Below, one piece after another: positions 7,205 through 13,129 of a DNA stretch of 13,202 bases (its first letter is position 1; each line of letters begins with the position of its first letter). This DNA comes from a virus. A program made the position numbers and the translations under genes. A model generated the notes under the pieces. The model did not search any database. It was not told the origin of the DNA and saw nothing but the letters and a program-made list of their open reading frames with translations. The stretch spans positions 1 through 13,202 of IMG/VR virus record IMGVR_UViG_3300045988_115487, one strand, 5' to 3'.

Positions 7205-7233
7205 AGAGTATCACATCTTGAAATAATTGTCAA
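7205..7233 (-). promoter_or_regulatory. Possible internal promoter (TTGACA-17-TACTCT with TG extension)
   Basis: On the minus strand, TTGACA (7233->7228) is followed by a 17-nt spacer ending in TGA, then TACTCT (7210->7205). The -35 is consensus and the -10 is weak, partly compensated by an extended TGn. The site lies at the 3' end of the ATPase gene, and its predicted start falls at the 5' edge of the structured element. Confidence 0.3.
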
Positions 7234-8266
7234 GTAAATATTTTGATTCAATATCAGAAAAACTTACTAACCCGTCAAGGTACATCCCCCAGACCCATAT
7301 GAACTTGTGTCGGAAAGCGATTAAATCTCTTGTTGATGTGGAATAAGTAATTTGTGGCGAACCCTGTAAGTGTTGTGTGATATACAATTTTTCCTTGCTT
7401 TTATGGGTGTATACGGTTATTTCACCGACTGTCACAATGGGGACGTACTCGTTTATTGGCTCTGATTTGATATCCGAATAATCCTCTGCATAAAAATCAT
7501 TCTGGATTGACATCTTGTAAAAATCGCTGTCTTTGCCAACCATTTTGTATACCGCTGTCTCAGATTTTGCCTGTGAAATCGGGGAGTTGGCAAGATTGAT
7601 AAGGATAATACCTCTATCAGGCAGATAGCTGAATTCCTGCCCTGTTTTATGCATATCAGTGACTTTACGGATTAATCCTAGTTTTGCAAATATATCACAG
7701 TTTGCGTTTTCGCTATTTGACGCACATATGAGCTGTAAAGGTTTTTCCCCCACAAGCTCTCGATTTCGGTTTATGGTTTCATATCCATTTAATAGCGCAA
7801 TCGTGGCGTTTTTCAACTGAGGCTCCGTCTTTTCTGGAATAAATTCATCGTAAAACATCAACTCAACGTCTGCCGCTCCGAAACCTCTTAAATTGGATAT
7901 CGTGCCAAGTGCCGCGGAATAGCCAAGTGGTTCCCCTGAGTTTGTATATTTTTTTGTTTTCTCATCAAATTTTGTATCATAAAAACCTGAGTACATTTTG
8001 TTAATTGGTGACGGTGTAATGCGTCTACCGCAGTCCGCGTTATATTGCTTAAATGGGTTGAATTGTGGTGTGCGAATCATATCTATTTGAGTTTGGCGAG
8101 TTCGTAGGTAAATAAATTTTTTATTATTTTCCACGGCGTGTTTCAAAATACCGTATGTTTTTCCTGTTCCTCTGCCACCCCATATAAAGATGAAAGGACA
8201 CCCTGTTTCCAAGATGCCCTTTATATTCACATAACCGTTACTGTCGTACATTTCAGGTTTTTTCAT
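7211..8266 (-). CDS. DNA packaging (encapsidation) ATPase, phi29 gp16-like
   Basis: 351 aa. Walker A is FIWGGRGTGKTYG and Walker B is ELMFYDEFIPEK (phi29 gp16: IVFDEFIREK). NRNRELVGEKPLQLICASNS parallels gp16 FRNRERVRCICLSNA. The ATG overlaps the upstream stop (ATGA). Confidence 0.9.
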   Translation of the reverse strand: MKKPEMYDSNGYVNIKGILETGCPFIFIWGGRGTGKTYGILKHAVENNKKFIYLRTRQTQIDMIRTPQFNPFKQYNADCGRRITPSPINKMYSGFYDTKFDEKTKKYTNSGEPLGYSAALGTISNLRGFGAADVELMFYDEFIPEKTEPQLKNATIALLNGYETINRNRELVGEKPLQLICASNSENANCDIFAKLGLIRKVTDMHKTGQEFSYLPDRGIILINLANSPISQAKSETAVYKMVGKDSDFYKMSIQNDFYAEDYSDIKSEPINEYVPIVTVGEITVYTHKSKEKLYITQHLQGSPQITYSTSTRDLIAFRHKFIWVWGMYLDGLVSFSDIESKYLLDNYFKM

Positions 8267-8619
8267 TTCACGTATCCTGCAACAAGGAAGTCCCTGCCAC
8301 GCTGTGATTTTTTGAAAAATACAGATACTTTTCTGAAGTCCTCACCGCATTTTTCTGCCATTGTGATGATACGCTCGAAAGACTGAATGAATGAGGCTGA
8401 GGTTGTCACGAAAACTGTATCCGTTTTCACTTCTTCGATTGACAGAGTTTTTACCACTTCACCCTTTGCGTTCACATCTTCCACAATAGCGTAGTAGCCA
8501 AACTCAACAGTTGTTCCGGCGGCGTTGGAAAGACGGATTCTGCCCTCATCTTCGAACATTTTGAACATTAATTCCATTGTGTACTCATTTTCCTTGATGT
8601 TTGTTTTGATAATTTTCAT
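8263..8619 (-). CDS. Putative single-stranded DNA-binding protein (remote resemblance to phi29 gp5)
   Basis: 118 aa with an ATG start. The C-terminal half TVFVTTSASFIQSFERIITMAEKCGEDFRKVSVFFKKSQRGRDFLVAGYVK has the same pattern as recalled phi29 p5 [61 protein letters not shown]. Size and context fit. The call is tentative without a profile search. Confidence 0.35.
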   Translation of the reverse strand: MKIIKTNIKENEYTMELMFKMFEDEGRIRLSNAAGTTVEFGYYAIVEDVNAKGEVVKTLSIEEVKTDTVFVTTSASFIQSFERIITMAEKCGEDFRKVSVFFKKSQRGRDFLVAGYVK

Positions 8620-8655
8620 GCTGTTTTCTCCTTTTTTCTTTTATGCTGTTTTTCT

Positions 8656-8871
8656 CTACTTTCCATAGTGTACAAATTCAGCCTCTGTCATGGATGCTTT
8701 CACAACCTCTGTATCCATAGACACTTTTACAGCTTTTACTCCTGTCTCAGCTTCATAAGATTTTTTAATCTTTGTAGCTGTTACATTTGCACCGTAGTAG
8801 GTTTTTTCAACAGTCTGTCCGTTTTCGTCTGTAATCTTTGCTGTTACTTTCTCAATGCTTCTTGTAATCAT
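8656..8871 (-). CDS. Putative histone-like dsDNA-binding protein (remote resemblance to phi29 p6)
   Basis: 71 aa and the first gene after a consensus promoter, with a GGAG RBS. GANVTATKIKKSYEAETGVKAVKVSMDTEVVKASMTEAEFVHYG parallels recalled phi29 p6 GNLTMEQAQWRMKRKYKGEPVQVVSVEPNTEVYELPVEKFLEVA. The call is tentative. Confidence 0.35.
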   Translation of the reverse strand: MITRSIEKVTAKITDENGQTVEKTYYGANVTATKIKKSYEAETGVKAVKVSMDTEVVKASMTEAEFVHYGK

Positions 8872-8916
8872 GTTTTCAACTCCTTTTTATTTTGTTTTGT
8901 TTTTTGTTACAAGTAT

Positions 8917-8945
8917 ATAATAGCATATGTGAACGTGTATGTCAA
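8917..8945 (-). promoter_or_regulatory. Sigma-A/sigma-70-type promoter (TTGACA-17-TATTAT) driving the p6-like gene and downstream genes
   Basis: On the minus strand, TTGACA (8945->8940) overlaps the polymerase TGA stop. A 17-nt spacer and TATTAT (8922->8917) follow. Downstream come an A-rich leader and the GGAG RBS of the 8871 ATG. Confidence 0.8.
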
Positions 8946-11053
8946 GCCTTTTCTTTAGTATTTTTTAAAAAATCGTGCCATAAGTCAACACTATTAAGAA
9001 CGTTTAAATATTCCAGTGTAAGCCCTACTGTATATTCAGAGGGTCGTATAACTACATTTCTGGTGATATACACGCTCTTGTCAGGGTTGGCAGGGTCTGG
9101 ACTATAATAGCCATAGTCTGTATCATTATAAACGGATTCCGTGCCACCTGCATCCCTGAATGTGGTTCCGATTTTCAGAGCTTCCAGACCACCCATTTTT
9201 TGCAGTTCCACCGCACCTTTTTCCTTTTCCACACCTGCTATTGTGATTTTGAGTCTACCGTTTTTTTCCTGCGCGTATTTTTTTGCACCTAGTGTAATAA
9301 ATCTATCCGACGTGCCCTCATATTCATACACGCCTAAATAATGTTCCACGCCTTTTGGGTCTGAAGCATGACCGCCATTATCTATGGAATCCTCCTTTAA
9401 TCGGATATTCAGTTCATCAAATTTATCCTTGATTTTGGGGTAACGCTCCGTCATCAATATTTTACATGAATCGGTATCACAATAAACAAAATCCTCGCCC
9501 GCGATGTTTACGGCAAGCTTGAGTCTCTGTCTGGCATGAGCAGTTACCCAACACCCCCACGCATACAGCATGAACGCTCTTTTGTTGTATTTCGCTAACT
9601 TTTCCGCTGTATCCCCATCCTCAACTGAAAACGGCTTGTCAGTGTTACTGTAAATAATATCAGGCTTGACCGGGTTTTGTGCCGCCATGCCATATAACGC
9701 ATTTATCAACTCTTTTGCTAGAGCGTATTCAAACTCCTTCCCTTTTACACCTTTTAAAGATGTTTTATCTGTAAACAAACTTTTCACTAGTTCCCTCAGA
9801 GATTCTGGTAGATAACCATATCCCGCTGTATAAAAATCTGTAAGTTCTGCCGTATCCCAGACGTATTCACCTTTTACAATCCCAAAATCGATATCATTTA
9901 GAGTGCATGAGTATTCACGTGCTGAGAGCAAGCGTCCGTTGTCCCAAACAGATTCGGTGCTTATGCAATACCCCTTATCTTTTGTCAGATAAGGCGCACC
10001 GTAATATACATCTTTTTGCCTGATATTTCGGAAATGGAACCGCCCCACGTATGCCTTGTGAAATTTTGTCCACCTTTCGAGGTCGTCCATACCGCAATTT
10101 CCCTGCCGCACAAATTTTGTCATTGGAAATTCGCAATTAAGCATAACGTCCGGATAAGAGCTTGCCCGGTCGAATGACGCAACGTTGTTGAGTATTTTTC
10201 CAACGTGATACCTGTTTGCATGCGTGTCACCACCCCTGAACTCTTCTCTGAGTAACGTGTATAAGCTCGTGTCACACATCATATTATGCAGTTTTTTATA
10301 ATTGTACTGTTTCATAGCTTGCCTTGCTTCTCTTCTGACATAGCCAGTAGAGGTTAATGGGAGAGTGTATAAGGTATCGTTATTATCCGTCAATCGTTTA
10401 TGCATTGCCTGTAATAATCCTATCACATCGTTACACCCGTATTCAATTTCCCTAGTTGATAATTCTGTCCACGGGTAACGTTGTTTATTATAATCAAAAT
10501 CTTTCAGCTTCTGATTCTCTACCCCACTATCACTCAAAAACTTGTCAAGACTTTTGTGCGTTTGCATATACGTACACCGGAACTCTAAATTCCCTTGCAT
10601 ATGATTTCCTGCTCTTATTCTGAGTATTTTACGAGGTTTGAGCGCAAACACCTCTTCTGGCTTTATTTCTATGTGTGAACGCAAAAACTGAAATTCGTAT
10701 GACAGGTTGTGCACAAAAGTCATTGTAATAAGGTGTTCATCTTCAATGCCTGTAAACAGTTCTTCGAGTTCGTCCCAATTTCTGCCGTACACGCATATTA
10801 TCTCATTATCGTCTAGTAATACGGCAAACTGCCATAAATACATAATGCTCTGTTCGATTCCAGAAAGTCGTGTAGTTTCAATGTCAAAAGCGCATATGCA
10901 ATTTCGGTACGACTGCTTTGCGAAGCGTTGTTTTCCTCTCATGTTAGGAGTTCTGTATATCTTCTGTATTCTATGTATCAATTCTTCTCTTTGCTTTTTG
11001 CCACTCCCTATACTGATTGAGTAATTCATCACCAGATTTTTCACCTCTATCAA
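8942..11053 (-). CDS. Family B DNA polymerase, protein-primed type (phi29 gp2-like)
   Basis: Readable motifs: Exo I CAFDIETT, Exo II HNLSYEFQFL, Exo III YGCNDVIGL, motif A FDRASSYPDVM (DxxSLYP-like), motif B KELINALYGMAAQ (Kx3NSxYG-like), motif C VYCDTDSCKI and KxY LGAKKYAQ. The start is uncertain. 11053 is a TTG, the ATG at 11029 has GAGGTG 12 nt upstream, and the ATG at 10942 would remove the overlap with the upstream gene but has no RBS. Confidence 0.95.
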   Translation of the reverse strand: MIEVKNLVMNYSISIGSGKKQREELIHRIQKIYRTPNMRGKQRFAKQSYRNCICAFDIETTRLSGIEQSIMYLWQFAVLLDDNEIICVYGRNWDELEELFTGIEDEHLITMTFVHNLSYEFQFLRSHIEIKPEEVFALKPRKILRIRAGNHMQGNLEFRCTYMQTHKSLDKFLSDSGVENQKLKDFDYNKQRYPWTELSTREIEYGCNDVIGLLQAMHKRLTDNNDTLYTLPLTSTGYVRREARQAMKQYNYKKLHNMMCDTSLYTLLREEFRGGDTHANRYHVGKILNNVASFDRASSYPDVMLNCEFPMTKFVRQGNCGMDDLERWTKFHKAYVGRFHFRNIRQKDVYYGAPYLTKDKGYCISTESVWDNGRLLSAREYSCTLNDIDFGIVKGEYVWDTAELTDFYTAGYGYLPESLRELVKSLFTDKTSLKGVKGKEFEYALAKELINALYGMAAQNPVKPDIIYSNTDKPFSVEDGDTAEKLAKYNKRAFMLYAWGCWVTAHARQRLKLAVNIAGEDFVYCDTDSCKILMTERYPKIKDKFDELNIRLKEDSIDNGGHASDPKGVEHYLGVYEYEGTSDRFITLGAKKYAQEKNGRLKITIAGVEKEKGAVELQKMGGLEALKIGTTFRDAGGTESVYNDTDYGYYSPDPANPDKSVYITRNVVIRPSEYTVGLTLEYLNVLNSVDLWHDFLKNTKEKA

Positions 11054-11429
11054 TAAACAACTCTAGCGCTTTTGTGCTGTCATATACTCTCCCAAGCGAA
11101 TAATCACGAACGGACTCCATGAACTCACCAAACTCATTGAGTTCTTTATAGGTTTTAAATTTGACCCCCAACTCTTCAAGTTTTGCCATTTTCCGTCTGG
11201 CAATTCTCCTTTGTCCCGAGACGCTGTATAAATCAGATTTCTCAGCGTGTTCTAAGGCAGACAATGCGCCCCGTCTCTGGCGGGCGGTCACTATCTGACT
11301 TTCAGGTGGTAGTTGTTGTAGCATATACTGTATATCATTCTTTGCACCCATTCCAAAATTTCGGTTTTGGGCTAAGACTTTTAGTTTTCTTATCACCTTT
11401 GTGCGCCGTTTTGCGTAATCTGTCGTCAT
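10971..11429 (-). CDS. Candidate terminal (priming) protein
   Basis: 152 aa, very basic, predicted helical, immediately upstream of and overlapping the protein-primed polymerase gene, as gene 3 precedes gene 2 in phi29. The N-terminus YAKRRTKVIRKLKVLAQ resembles phi29 TP EYARLVKNTKAKIARTKKKYG as recalled. The ATG forms an ATGA overlap with the upstream gene. The call rests mainly on synteny and composition. Confidence 0.45.
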   Translation of the reverse strand: MTTDYAKRRTKVIRKLKVLAQNRNFGMGAKNDIQYMLQQLPPESQIVTARQRRGALSALEHAEKSDLYSVSGQRRIARRKMAKLEELGVKFKTYKELNEFGEFMESVRDYSLGRVYDSTKALELFIDRGEKSGDELLNQYREWQKAKRRIDT

Positions 11430-11737
11430 GACACTATGTCCTCCATTTCGTGAATATGCCCCAAGTGAAACATTATCGCAGAACGGCTCAGTACTCGCGC
11501 TTTGCTCATATTACACTGTCTTGCCAATTTCTCCACTTCCCTGTATGTTCTGTCTGTGAGATATACGCTTGTGTTATATTTCGGCATAACTCGAGGGGAT
11601 ACTATAACCCGAGAACCTATGTCGCCGAACTCTGAAACAAAGTACACGGCGTGCTCCAAGTATTCACTCACGGTTGTCCCATATTCTTCTGACCAATTGT
11701 ATATTCTGATATCTAGACGGAGTGATAATTTTCTCAT
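11426..11737 (-). CDS. Tandem ribbon-helix-helix (RHH) DNA-binding protein, likely transcriptional regulator
   Basis: 103 aa containing two RHH-like units. Unit 1 is RKLSLRLDIRIYNWSEEYGTTVSEYLEHAVYF. Unit 2 is TSVYLTDRTYREVEKLARQCNMSKARVLSRSAIMF. Each reads as beta-strand, helix, G/N-x-S/T turn, helix. The ATG forms an ATGA overlap with the upstream gene. Confidence 0.5.
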   Translation of the reverse strand: MRKLSLRLDIRIYNWSEEYGTTVSEYLEHAVYFVSEFGDIGSRVIVSPRVMPKYNTSVYLTDRTYREVEKLARQCNMSKARVLSRSAIMFHLGHIHEMEDIVS

Positions 11738-11895
11738 TGTTTTCTATCCTTTCGATCCTGTTTTCTTCTACGTTTTTCTTTCCGTCTATTTTCTCTGCCC
11801 ATTTCGTCTGTTGTGCCTAAGATATAACCTGAAACAAACATTATCACAAAAGTTATTAACAGACACATTGTGTCACTCATAGTTGTTGCTATCAT
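11734..11895 (-). CDS. Small membrane protein with a polybasic C-terminal tail
   Basis: The track ORF starts at a GTG at 11934. The ATG at 11895 has GGAGGT 6 nt upstream and lies just after the upstream TAG stop. The product is 53 aa: MIATTMSDTMCLLITFVIMFVSGYILGTTDEMGRENRRKEKRRRKQDRKDRKQ, one TM segment plus an Arg/Lys-rich tail. Confidence 0.55.
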   Translation of the reverse strand: MIATTMSDTMCLLITFVIMFVSGYILGTTDEMGRENRRKEKRRRKQDRKDRKQ

Positions 11896-11899
11896 TTTG

Positions 11900-12466
11900 C
11901 TACCTCCAATAAATATTTCTCTCATCACTATCACTAATCAAGAACACGTCGTCATATTCGGTATACTTATTCACATTCCCATCATGAAACAAAATACTAA
12001 TTCCGTTCTCTTCCACTTTCAAAAACCTCACATTTCTTTTAAATCCGTTTATATAAACAGTTTCCCCAAAATACCCTTTTTTAATCTTTCGGAATAGCTC
12101 TTTCAAATCATGATTAAAATCAATAATTAAACTGTGAATACCCGTATATTTGATTTCAGCGGTTAGACCGTAAAACTCAATTCCAGTTTCTCCTAGAATA
12201 GCGTCCTCACCTGCAAATTCGACAAAACCATTGATTGTAACTAGAGTGTCTTTAACCACGATAGCTTTTTTAAGCTCTTCTAACTCATCAACAGGCTCAA
12301 TAGGTACTAGACATGTATCTTCAATTCTTGATATGTCATTAAATAATGAAGCGTTGTAGCGTATGGAACCGTCTGAAAACCTATGGAAACTATACTTGCC
12401 ATTTTTGTTCATATATTCATCAAGCTCCTGAGTGTGTCTTATTATTAATTCGATTGTATCTGCCAT
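11900..12466 (-). CDS. Hypothetical early protein
   Basis: 188 aa with an ATG start preceded by AAAGGAGC. It is in the same orientation and packing as its neighbours. I recognised no motif. Confidence 0.6.
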   Translation of the reverse strand: MADTIELIIRHTQELDEYMNKNGKYSFHRFSDGSIRYNASLFNDISRIEDTCLVPIEPVDELEELKKAIVVKDTLVTINGFVEFAGEDAILGETGIEFYGLTAEIKYTGIHSLIIDFNHDLKELFRKIKKGYFGETVYINGFKRNVRFLKVEENGISILFHDGNVNKYTEYDDVFLISDSDERNIYWR

Positions 12467-12516
12467 TTATGCTCCTTTTCTCCCCGTTGTGCCGGTAGGA
12501 CAGCTTATTTCAATGT

Positions 12517-12753
12517 TTATCTGATACTACAACAAATTTTTACTTCTGCATAAGGAACACTAGCCACGATTCTTTTGCTACGGTCATATATAAACAATTC
12601 TTCCATATCGTCATCAAAATTTAATTTTACTCTATCAAAGAAGAAAAATAAGCCGTTTATAAAAACGCCACAAGAAGCACCATGATAACCTGTTCTAAAA
12701 ACTTTATTAAGCTCTCTAATTTTTTTGATGAAATATTTTTTATTTTTTTTCAT
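12517..12753 (-). CDS. Hypothetical early protein (first ORF of the early transcript)
   Basis: The track ORF begins at a TTG at 12774. The ATG at 12753 (MKKNKKYF..., 78 aa) has AAAGGGGT 7 nt upstream. I recognised no motif. Confidence 0.5.
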   Translation of the reverse strand: MKKNKKYFIKKIRELNKVFRTGYHGASCGVFINGLFFFFDRVKLNFDDDMEELFIYDRSKRIVASVPYAEVKICCSIR

Positions 12754-12777
12754 TTTCGTACCCCTTTCACTCAATTT

Positions 12778-13045
12778 CAGGGAATAGTACTGAGTCCTCT
12801 CGCTCGCTTAATTCATCCGCTTCACAGCTAAATCAAGGATTAACGTCTAACTTGGCATTAGCTGGTGATTTTCTACTAAGTATCACCACTGTGCGTCATT
12901 GTCCTACTGCTCTCACTTTCTTTAAGTCCTTTACCGGGTACTTATTCTTCACACGCTCATTCCGATTTGTATCGGCATAACTGCCATGTTACTAACGTGT
13001 AGCCCTATGGGTTCCCGATCTTTCCTGCTTTCTATTCCCTGTTAC
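12778..13045 (-). ncRNA. Candidate structured non-coding RNA (pRNA-like candidate) or long structured 5' leader
   Basis: About 265 nt with no ORF of 60 aa or more and no RBS-preceded ORF on either strand, beginning a few nt downstream of a consensus promoter. The ends pair perfectly over 10 bp: CAGGGAAUAG (13041->13032) with CUAUUCCCUG (12787->12778). Internal helices include UGGUGAU/AUCACCA (12888->12882 with 12869->12863, 12-nt loop), CAGCUAA/UUAGCUG (12864->12858 with 12831->12825) and CCGAU-ACAA-AUCGG (12975->12962). No terminator is visible at the 3' side. Confidence 0.35.
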
Positions 13046-13051
13046 AATTAT

Positions 13052-13080
13052 ATAATACCACACTTATACCACAATGTCAA
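13052..13080 (-). promoter_or_regulatory. Early sigma-A/sigma-70-type promoter (TTGACA-17-TATTAT)
   Basis: On the minus strand, TTGACA (13080->13075) is followed by a 17-nt spacer and TATTAT (13057->13052). The site lies about 50 bp inside the right ITR and points into the genome. Confidence 0.8.
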
Positions 13081-13092
13081 TAGTTTTTTATA

Positions 13093-13121
13093 ATTATACC
13101 GCATTTTATTGTCTGTGTATA
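13093..13121 (-). promoter_or_regulatory. Possible second (tandem, upstream) early promoter (TATACA-17-TATAAT)
   Basis: On the minus strand, TATACA (13121->13116) is followed by a 17-nt spacer and a consensus TATAAT (13098->13093). The -35 matches 4 of 6 positions. The site lies 41 bp upstream of the stronger promoter. Confidence 0.35.
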
Positions 13122-13129
13122 GCGCACAG

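Noticed and set aside
249-12097. About 20 further plus-strand ORFs in the track (for example 249-572, 2138-2422, 3845-4153, 5366-5740, 5425-5772, 8668-8958, 10707-11024, 11502-11882)
   Set aside because: All lie antisense to minus-strand genes that have motifs, RBSs and tight coupling. None has a convincing RBS, and their products are Ser/Leu/Phe/Cys-rich shadow-frame sequences. No plus-strand promoter was seen.
12778-13045. Small ORFs within the non-coding right-end region: minus-strand MAVMPIQIGMSV (13 aa) and a ~35-aa plus-strand ORF from 12986
   Set aside because: Neither has an RBS. Both are short and of odd composition, and the plus-strand one runs antisense through the promoter. The region is treated as non-coding RNA or leader.
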